Source of the DNA: Octopus vulgaris
Taxonomy: Eukaryota
NCBI GenBank assembly: GCA_951406725.2
Contig: OX597835.1
Location: 5,704,001 to 5,768,000, forward strand
DNA: 64,000 nucleotides
Direction of reading: 5' to 3'
Position numbers and translations under genes: made by a program. Below the pieces are notes generated by a model. That model worked only from the letters and a program-made list of their open reading frames with translations, ran no database searches and had not been told where the DNA came from. Positions 54,407 to 64,000 of this stretch are shown here, piece by piece; within the stretch, counting starts at the first letter, position 1, and each line of letters begins with the position of its first letter.

Positions 54407-54447
54407 ATATACATACATATATATGTGTGTGTTTTTGTATGTGTATG

Positions 54448-54479
<32 letters not shown>

Positions 54480-55211
54480 TATATTTATATATATATATGT
54501 ATATATGTATGTATATTAATATTATATATATGCATATGTGTATGAATGTATTTATAGATAGACAGATAGATTGACGGATAGTTAGATAGAAAGATAGATA
54601 AAGAGAGAGAGAGAGAGAGAAGAAAGAGACATGTATGTGTGTGTGTCTGTGCGTGTGTGTGCGTGTGTGTATGTGTATGTATCTATTCATTGAAGAATGA
54701 TAATGATAAAATACTTATATACAAAAATACATATCCCTCTACGTATACGTGCATCTGCGCGTGTATACGTGTGTATGTACGTATGGGAGTTACGTTATGC
54801 ACGTCTACTTGATTGCTTGTTTGTGTGGACAGGTACTTGAGCATTCGCGGTATTCCGCATGTTCCTGCAATCTATGGAGGAGAGGAATTATGGAAAAATC
54901 CTAAAGAAGAAAATATATGAAATAAATACGAATATGCATAAATAAGTACAAATATATAAATATGAATAAATATAAAAAAGATAAATACGTTGCAATGAGT
55001 ATAAACATATGCAACATTCAACAATAATGATTTCAGTATAAATAATTGGGTTTATTTGTTGGAAAATAATAATTAATAATGTAATTATCACGGATTGTTC
55101 CGGAAAAAGACCACAGACACTTGCACAGATATGCGCATGTTCGGCCACGTTTATACATCAACTATGTAAACCCTATTAAACACGTAAAGATACTCGGAAA
55201 CATGATTTAAA

Positions 55212-55263
<52 letters not shown>

Positions 55264-55270
55264 CACGCAT

Positions 55271-55314
<44 letters not shown>

Positions 55315-55534
55315 TAACACGCATACACACATACAAACACACACAGACATATGTATATATATATATATATGTCTGGAAATGTAGTAGCATACACACACAC
55401 ATATACACATGCACATATACATGCAGACATACATAAATCCATACACTAAATTAGAAGCAAGAATTCACGCGCACTGATACGGAGACAACCAAAATGGACG
55501 GACATCCGCACACACATATATGTGCATGTATATA

Positions 55535-55590
<56 letters not shown>

Positions 55591-55709
55591 ATATATAAAA
55601 TGCAATAATATATATAAATATCATATAATATATATAATGCATAATATATGTGCGTGTGCGTGCCTAAGTATATGTAAATATATATGGATGTATATGTTCA
55701 TACATATAT

Positions 55710-55888
<179 letters not shown>

Positions 55889-56773
55889 GCTCGCGTGCGA
55901 ATTTCCATGTGCTCACGCACATGAATATATACAAATCCATGCAGAGATAAAATTATATATCTGTGCCTCTATTTGTCTCTATAATTTTCCATATTAAATT
56001 CACATAATTTCATAGAAAAGCTGACTTCCATTTTTGCAGTCTTTCATTATTACAAACTTATTCCATACACATACATATAAAAATCTTGCGCGTACACTAA
56101 GAACTGTATGCAAGTACACCAAAAGATGAATCTACAGAGTATTATTCATACAAAAATGCCTTATTAGATACACGAAAGTATTACACGCATGGAGTATGTC
56201 ACAAGCAAACACTGTTGCCGGCAGGGTTACCAATGAAGCCCTAAAAAATTAACAATTCAATCACTCTGACATGATGTTACATGTACGAACCTGAAGGGAT
56301 GAAATGTATGATTTACGAAGGCAGAATTTGAGTATATTTTCTTGAGTCGGTAAAACAAAGCTTAGCCATCACTCGCAAACCAATATAACTTATAGACTTG
56401 TAACTCATTTTTGCTAATTGTTTAAATGTAATTGTAGTCATGAAAAAATACATAGATATCATGTCTGCCCTTACACTTTCATGCGTTATAGTTTTAAAAA
56501 ATTAACGGCGTTCCTTGAGAGTACTTGCGACAGACCCATTGCACAACAGCGCATGCGTCACATTTTACCTCGGCAAAACAATGTGTCCATGGCATAGTGT
56601 TCGAGGTCCACTGCCATACAGTGTTTTGAGTCAATAAAAAGGGGATACGTCAAGGAAACATTACTCTAAATTTCATGTGGAAGGAAAAACCGAATAGAAA
56701 TTTGAAACAGTTGGATGAGACGCTAGAAAGAGTATCCGTCTCTCCAATATATACCACCATGCTGGTGGAAGGT

Positions 56774-56886
56774 CTCCGTTGTTCAACGATGAGAATTCAG
56801 TTATTCGATCAACTGAATTACCTGCCCCTGAAATAACGTATAAGTGGTTGTCTATTCCACTGATATGTGTACCCTTAAAGTAATTG
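56774..56886 (-). mobile_element. Diverged SINE family C 3' domain
   Basis: Reverse complement AATTACTTTAAGGGTACACATATCAGTGG...CCACTTATACGTTATTTC...CAACGGAG aligns to 19638-19754. Confidence 0.65.
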
Positions 56887-58160
56887 TAAACAAGTGTGTG
56901 GCATAGGTTTGCACCTTTGAAGTACGGGTACAATCCACCCGTTTAGCACTATACTGTTTTCGTCCACCCAATTTCGACCCCAGGTTATAGAAAATAGCAT
57001 TTCCTTGAGATGCCACACTGAAGGATCAAACTCAGATCTCGTGATTGCAAAGTGAAATCTTTACCCATTCGATCATGTTGTGTGCAATCCCACATGGCGG
57101 TCTTTAAGATAAGGAAATGTACATTGAATAATATAAATCTAGATATATTATAACAAATAAAATTACAAAATTCTCACAGCTAGAATGCGTCTGATCATTG
57201 ATTTCCTTGATCAGGACTGACCTGGGGCTAAAAACAAAACAACGACATAGATTCACATATAGAAACACATTACCCATAATGCAATCAAATTCTCACACGC
57301 TAAAAAAAAATGGTTGACCATGTTTTCTAGATGAAAGGTGTCGTTTATTTCCCATTTGTTGTTCATATTTCACAAAACAATTGTTTTTTTGTTTCTAGAA
57401 TATTCGAATACGATTTATTTATTAACACTTTTTGTGAATTCGTTGCAACAGAAGAAGAAACGCGAAGGATCGTTCTTTGACTTTCTGTTTCAAAAGCTGT
57501 AACCTTTTTCACACTTTCAGTATTTGTGCATAAAAATGTAGTATCACATATGGAAAGAAACAAACAAAACAATATCACACATTAATAAATGTGGTATCAC
57601 GCATGAAAACAAAATAACGCAGATACGTAAAAAAAAAAAAATGCATGGCGTTCATAAACACGCTATCACACATTAAACATAGAAAAAAAAACAACCAAAA
57701 ACAGCACCAAACAAACAATAACAGTATCACACATACACACTGCCACGCATATATACTCACACTGTCACACATATAATCACACTATCACACACACATGCAC
57801 ACAATGTGACACATACGCTCCTACACCATGCTCGTTGTCACACATACAGCAAATGGCAAATTAATTTTCCTAATGTAAATTATGTCTTAATAAATTATTA
57901 AAGAATCTAACAAGTTAGATTTATAAATTTCCACCAAAAGAAGCTGAAGAAAAGCCATGATTTCGGTTTAGATTTTCGTGTTCAAGTGGAAAAAATCCAT
58001 AATTAATGTAAAGTATGTTTATGTCATATTTTTCAGTGTCGGCCATTAAAATACGCCGGTAAGATTTAGTAAGGAAATACGAATAAATAAATGAATTATT
58101 AAATATACAAATATATGTATATATGTATATGCATACATGTGTGTAAGAATGCATAAGCAT

Positions 58161-58221
<61 letters not shown>

Positions 58222-58339
58222 AGAGAGAGGGGGGGATACAGCTTTCTTTGCTAGCTTGTTGTTTTCTCATACTGAGGACGAGTAACCACCCAGAAATCTA
58301 TCACGTAAGGCTAGAGATGGGAATGATGACATCCCTTGC

Positions 58340-58866
58340 ACAAGGGTCTCCGATGTGTTGATGTAAACCCTCTCTTTCAGGCCGGTTGACATTGCCGTAG
58401 CGGGATATTATTCTCTCTCCAAAGCACTGTCGTAGCAACGGCATTATTTTTCTTGCGGTATGAACAGTTGCTCCATCTTGCTCGAACCATGTGTGAGGGC
58501 TACTTTGAATGGCCTTCACGTCCCCCACTCTTGACTCGCCCGGACATTTTTTGTGGCGATACCTGAAAGGGAGAGTTTACGTCAACTGAAGGACAACGTC
58601 AATAGAGTAATCACAGAAGTGTGCTCTGAAACTCTTGAGGGTGTTATGATGCAGATTTTGGAAAGAGCACGGACGTGCGAAGCCGAAAACTGCTGCCATT
58701 TAAGCGATGTCATTTGTCATATGAGATGAATTTGTGTTGCAAAATTCGACTTGTCCCTATTACTTTCCATTATGTTCTTTATATTGTATCAAAATTTCAT
58801 CCATTTATTTGCAAAGTTAAGGAAGTTATTAAAAACTGAAACTCGTCAGTGACTTTTGGGACATCT

Positions 58867-58870
<4 letters not shown>
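58340..58870 (+). mobile_element. Tc1/mariner rosa (DD41D)-like transposase 3' half with internal inversion
   Basis: WFEQDGATVHTA...FGERIISR on the minus strand; PSRPPLLTRPD, LWRYLKGRVYVN and CEAENCCHLSDVI on the plus strand; TIR-like TTTTGGGACATCTTG near 58855-58869. Confidence 0.85.
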
Positions 58871-58898
<28 letters not shown>

Positions 58899-58965
58899 CT
58901 TTATTTAAAGCAGCCTTCATACAATCACACACACACACACAAATACGAAAATGTTTTTTCATCTA

Positions 58966-59338
58966 TTGTTTCAGTCATTTGACTGCGCCCATGCTCTAGC
59001 ACCTCCTTTAGTCGAGCAAACTGACCCCAGGACTTATCCTTTGTAAGCCTAGTACTTTTACTATCGATTTTCTTTTGCCGAAGCGTACGGTTACGGAGTC
59101 ATAAACGCGCCACCATCGATTGTCAAGCGATATTGAGGAAAGAAACACAGACACACAAACACACACATACACACACACGCACATATATATACGACAGGCT
59201 TCTTTCAGTTTCCGTCAACCAAATCCACTAACAAGGCTTTGGTCGACCCGGGGCTACAGTAGAAGACACTTGCCCTAGGCGTCACGCTGTGAGACAGAAC
59301 CCTAAACAAGTTACTTACCACGAAGCCACACCTGCGCC
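58966..59338 (-). mobile_element. SINE family A, near full length
   Basis: Tail, internal CA tract and head CCACACCTGCGCC. Confidence 0.9.
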
Positions 59339-59460
59339 TATGTCAATCTTTCAATTTTCCCGAAGTTGTGACACTCGATCAAGTTCAACAGATTTCTGCT
59401 AGGTCGTGATGTGAAGGGATCAATTAAGATTTTTATAGCAAAATTCTCGCCCCGGACGGG

Positions 59461-60423
59461 GCCAAGTCACATCCAAGATAAACAAACATCTGTGATACCT
59501 GAAAAAGGAGCTCCTGAAATACTACAATTTGATTACGGTTTCACCTTTCTTTCTAAACATTGGACGGTATTTTGTTTTATAGAGTCCATCCACCTCCCCT
59601 TAAAGGGTGAAACTTGACAAGGTTCTCCTTGGTCTGATTTAAACTAAGAACATAAAGGAACGTAACTAAATGCACTAAGGTATAAGTCCGACTCCAATAT
59701 CATAATACTGATTACTAAAATTCACTCAAGAATTGTAAATTATGGAGAAGAACATGATCAGTTTTACTCATTAAATATTCGCCATAAAATTCCTTGCCTG
59801 GTTTATATTATCGGCCCCGGTAGGATTCGAACCTAAGACATTTGAGATCAGAGCTGTCTTCCAGTACTTTATTAATTCTATTATGCAACACCTCGGACTA
59901 TTAATAAACTTATCAGCACCACTCTTGTCCTGCTCGTTCATTATCGATCGCACAGTTGACCTTTCTTCCCGTTGTCTGTCTATGTGAATGTGTGCGTATA
60001 GATATGTTGTTGTGGACTGTCTGTGTGTCTTTGTTTGAGTGTATATTTTCTATCGTAATCTTCAATGGTAATGCTGTCCAGACATAATCTTTTCTATTAG
60101 TATTTCTGTTATCCCCCAGCTCTCACCCCTATAGGAAATAAGTTCTGCCATTGCCCCACCGTCGCCACCACAGTGCAGTTTTGCTTTATTACAAACTTTG
60201 GAATCGTACTTATCAATTCTATTCGCAACGAATATTTTGAAACAAATTAAAGATTTCGAGCTGCTGCTTGTGCTGTTGTCCAAGCTAAATGTCAACTTTA
60301 TCTAAAATCATTCGTATCGAGCGCCAAGTCACATCCAAGGTAAACAAACATCTGTGACAACTGAAAATGGAGTCCCTGAAATACTACGATTTGATTGCGG
60401 TTTCACCTTTCTTTCTAAACATT
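59461..60423 (+). repeat. 101-bp direct repeat pair (59461-59561, 60323-60423)
   Basis: GCCAAGTCACATCCAAG.TAAACAAACATCTGTGA...GGTTTCACCTTTCTTTCTAAACATT, roughly 90% identical by eye. Confidence 0.9.
59811..59865 (-). other. tRNA-like fragment (B box and T arm), probably a SINE head
   Basis: Reverse complement TAGGTTCGAATCCTACCGGGGCCG; no complete cloverleaf. Confidence 0.5.
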
Positions 60424-60580
60424 ACTTTGGTTTCTAATTATTGTCCCACCTTGCCACTAGTAATTCTAAAACCTGTGATTTACTTTTCCAGGTGTTAATC
60501 AATTAAAGTTGCCGTTTTATCAGCAAATACAATCTTTTACAGTTTGCAAAATGTAAGTTGATTTTATTGAACAAATAATA

Positions 60581-60618
<38 letters not shown>

Positions 60619-60730
60619 GTATGTATATATTTTGTATGTTTATGTTTGTGTGTTCGCGTGTATGTGGGTGTGTATATGTGTGGGTCTGCCTGTATATGTG
60701 TGTGTTTGTGGTTGTGCGTGTAAGTTTGTG

Positions 60731-60767
<37 letters not shown>

Positions 60768-61150
60768 GGGGGGGGGGGTTAATCGCAGTTGTTATTCAAT
60801 TCATTATACTTCCGACATATGTTTCGAAAAAAACATTGGTATTATTCCGGAAGGAATAAGATGACGTAAAACAACGCAATCTTCCCATCAGAGAGAAAAA
60901 AAAAAGAAACTAAACACATCAACAAGACATTTTAAGAGAATGTGATGACTGCGTATACAATGAAGAGAAACCTGGCAAGTTATTATTTTTTTTAAAAGCG
61001 TTAATAGATATAACGTCAAAGGCAATTTATAGAAAGAGAAGAAGGATAAAGAAAGAAATTAGCAGAAAACTAATAAATCGAAAAATATAGAAAAATATAT
61101 GCATAATTTCGGGAATTTTACTCGCCCTAGATAGATATTCTTTCACTCAA

Positions 61151-61521
61151 TTACTTGTTTCAGTAATTTGACTGCGGCCATGATGAAGCAACGCCTTTAG
61201 TCGAGCAAATCGAGCCAGGACTTATTTTTTAAAGCATAGTACTTATTCTAATGATCTCTTTTGCCGAACCGCTAGATAACGGGGAGGTAAACACACCAAC
61301 ATCGGTTGTCAAGCGATGGTGGCAGGGACAAACGCAGATACACACACACACACACACATATTTTCGACGGGCTTCTTTCAGTTTCCATCTACCAAATCTA
61401 CTCACAAGACTTTGGACGACTCGAGGCAATAGTAGAAGGTAGAGGCCCAAGGTGCCACACAGTGGAACTGAAGCCGGAGCCATGTGGTTGGGAAACAAGT
61501 TTCTTACCACACTCCTGTGCC
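61151..61521 (-). mobile_element. SINE family A, near full length
   Basis: Same modules as the other family A copies. Confidence 0.9.
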
Positions 61522-61539
61522 TATACATGTATATATATA

Positions 61540-61588
<49 letters not shown>

Positions 61589-61590
<2 letters not shown>

Positions 61591-61659
61591 TCCTGAAGAT
61601 TGACTGTAACCATAACTCGAATTTTTACGAATTGGACAGCCATGAAACGATCGTAGTGT
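61589..61659 (+). ncRNA. Type-I hammerhead with long stem II at the start of cassette family E
   Basis: ACTC CTGAAGA T TGACTGT [28 nt] ACAGCCA T GAAAC GATC GTA GTGT; intact core, palindromic stem III, GUA triplet, one mismatch each in stems I and II. Confidence 0.7.
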
Positions 61660-61800
61660 TTTAATCTTTATCTTTTATTAAACTTTTAATAGTTTTGATA
61701 TATATTTAAAATAATATAAATTAATTAATTTTATGTATTGGCTTAAGTTTTTCATGGTTTGATTTGCCTAATAGTGGTTTTATCTCTAATTTAATATTAT
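61589..61800 (+). mobile_element. Cassette family E between (TA)n tracts
   Basis: Begins with the hammerhead; the 3' part is shared with 51565-51705. Confidence 0.65.
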
Positions 61801-62797
61801 ATATATATATATATATATATGCATTAACATTTAGAAATACTATTTTCCTGTATTCTACACATTTATTGAGTTTTTGTTGCTAGTTTCCTTCACTCCTCCT
61901 CAATAAAATCACAAAACTGCAAATATCGCATCCTTTACACGTTTTTCCTTTTCTTTTTTCACTTATACAAAAACAATAACGAAATATCTACACAAAAATA
62001 AATATTAATAAATCAGGGCAATTGGCCACTCATAAGAAGTGCATTATTAGGATCCTACATGTTTCATATATTTTTTTTTCAAATTACTCCTCACGTGACA
62101 TTCTTCTTCTCCTTTCAAACGTTTTGCTATTTTTGCGATTCTGTTTTACTTATTGCTTTCAGTTCTAATTGCTAAGAAAAATAGCGAAAACAAACGTAAA
62201 TAAATAAATGTAAACATACACACACTCACACAAATAAATAATAGCAAAGTAACTCAGGAATGATTTCCATTTCTGGAATTATTCTCGTACATTTTGGAAA
62301 TAAATTGTTATAGCATCCCAGGAATGACAATTTCGAAAGAATGTTGGAATATTGCTGAAGTTATTGGCTACTTTTCGCATCCATCAATACTAATCTTTGG
62401 TCGTCAATTGCTTTTTATTGGTACATTTACATCATTATTTGTATTTATTTATTCATACTAATTTATATATGCATACATACATATATATGTATGTTAATTT
62501 ATATATATATATATATAACTAAGCGACGGTAAAGCTTATTTAAAGCAAAACCAGAAATCCTGGATCTTGAATTATTCAATAATATTTTTTGCTGGTCTAT
62601 TTTGTCCCTGTCTTATCTCATGGTACGATATGAACATTTAACGTGGTTTTTAAAGTCAGGGTTTTGACTGCTATTTCGGCATGGTGGTGTCTCTCAGACA
62701 CCCTTATTTTTAGTTGTAAAAAATTATCACCTTTGTACGGTATTTTTTCCCATGCTGGCCACTTGATAATATCGATATTTAAATATCGATATTATCC

Positions 62798-62857
<60 letters not shown>

Positions 62858-62969
62858 GTGTGTGCATACGTGCGTGTGTCTGTATGTGTATTAATGCTTG
62901 CTACATTAACCGGATGGGTTACTCAGTACTTTAGATGAGTACACATTTATTTCTCTTATACACGAATAT

Positions 62970-63030
62970 TATTGACAGTGACTTCGAAGTTTCGGCCACT
63001 TCGACGATGGCTTTGAAGTCACTGTCAATA
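62970..63030. repeat. Hairpin with 20-bp stem containing a hammerhead 3' half
   Basis: TATTGACAGTGACTTCGAAG / CTTTGAAGTCACTGTCAATA; minus strand reads GCCA..TGGC C GAAAC TTCGAA GTC. Confidence 0.75.
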
Positions 63031-63276
63031 TTGTTCTTGTTTAAGAACATTATATATATATATATTGATATTGATATTGATATATAAACTATTCCCTTGT
63101 ATATAAGTTTCATCAGGGCCAGAGTTTAAAGATAGACGAAATTGCGTGTGAAAGGGCGGTTGGATTGTAAAAACTTAATTCTATAATGCCTATGTACGAT
63201 TATATATTTATTAAAGTACATATATGTATGAGGGAGACATGGAATGGGTTGGTATATTATTGTTTGCCTTTCCTTA

Positions 63277-63361
<85 letters not shown>

Positions 63362-63368
<7 letters not shown>

Positions 63369-63612
63369 ACAATATAAGGGCAAAAGAAAAATTCTAATGC
63401 CAAATATGCCGAAAACAAAAATTGTCAATAACCATTATAATTTATGCGTCTCGAAACAAACCGATGGAAATTTCTAAAAAATCCGTTATTTTTTAGAAGT
63501 TTCCATCGGTTTGTTTCGAGACGCATAAATTATAATAGTTATTGACAATTTTTGTTTTTTTTCGGCATATTTGGCATCAGAATTTTTCTTTTGACCTTAT
63601 CTTGTAAATTAT
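63362..63612. repeat. Fold-back palindrome, ~120-bp arms, ~5-nt loop, abutting (TA)n
   Basis: ATAATTTACAA...ATGCGTCTCGAAACAAACCGATGGAAA.TTCTAAAAAAT ccgtt ATTTTTTAGAA.TTTCCATCGGTTTGTTTCGAGACGCAT...TTGTAAATTAT. Confidence 0.95.
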
Positions 63613-63695
63613 TTATGAATTTAACCTTTAAAGGTATTTTTTGATATGATGGCCATTGATAAAATGTTTTTCCCAAAAAAAATTTTATCCTACAT

Positions 63696-63752
<57 letters not shown>

Positions 63753-63755
<3 letters not shown>

Positions 63756-63943
63756 GGAGAATTCGCAAAAAAAAACAAAAGACAGGTGGTGTAGACAGCA
63801 AACAGATGTATTAGTATAACGCTCGATAATTGAAAAAGTTTTTCACGTTTCGAGCCTACGCTCTTCCACAGAAAGGAACACAGAAAGAGACAAAGAGAGA
63901 AAGTAATGAATGTGTAGTGGCTAGCGATCTATCATGGCGAATG
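63753..63943 (-). mobile_element. Cassette family D copy abutting (TA)n
   Basis: Minus strand 63875-63840 CTTT CTGTGGA A GAGC GTAG GCTC GAAAC GTG AAAA. Confidence 0.75.
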
Positions 63944-64000
63944 TTGTACGTATGTAAATATGTTTACGTTTTTAATTAACAGACGGCAGAAGTACAGAAT

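Noticed and set aside
55124-55166. Additional hammerhead-like traces (also near 17150-17190 and 21065-21095)
   Set aside because: The core is too degenerate to distinguish from chance by eye.
56673-56933. 86-aa complex-looking ORF
   Set aside because: Largely overlaps a diverged SINE C domain.

Overview
Eukaryotic, AT-rich, essentially non-coding DNA. The microsatellite load and the SINE families suggest a coleoid cephalopod (Octopus-like) intron or intergenic region; this is inference. Nearly all ORFs in the track are translated microsatellites. Recognisable content: (1) four tRNA-derived SINE families, several full-length and three with readable TSDs; (2) LINE fossils (R4/Dong RT, L1/Tx1 CCHC end, CR1-group 3' end, possible APE endonuclease); (3) DNA-transposon fossils (mariner, maT, rosa, a Sailor-like IS630-Tc1 fragment, a hAT-Charlie MITE, a mariner MITE); (4) a 2.3 kb minisatellite with higher-order structure; (5) a weak candidate four-exon gene on the minus strand at 2.7-5.6 kb. 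The most notable signal is about 14 minimal type-I hammerhead-ribozyme-like motifs (CUGANGA...GAAAC-palindrome-GUH, many degenerate). They are carried by short non-coding cassettes that mostly lie in or beside (TA)n tracts and often form fold-back palindromes. They resemble Penelope-like element terminal repeats or retrozyme-like non-autonomous elements. All calls were made by eye; no alignment, folding or database search was run.
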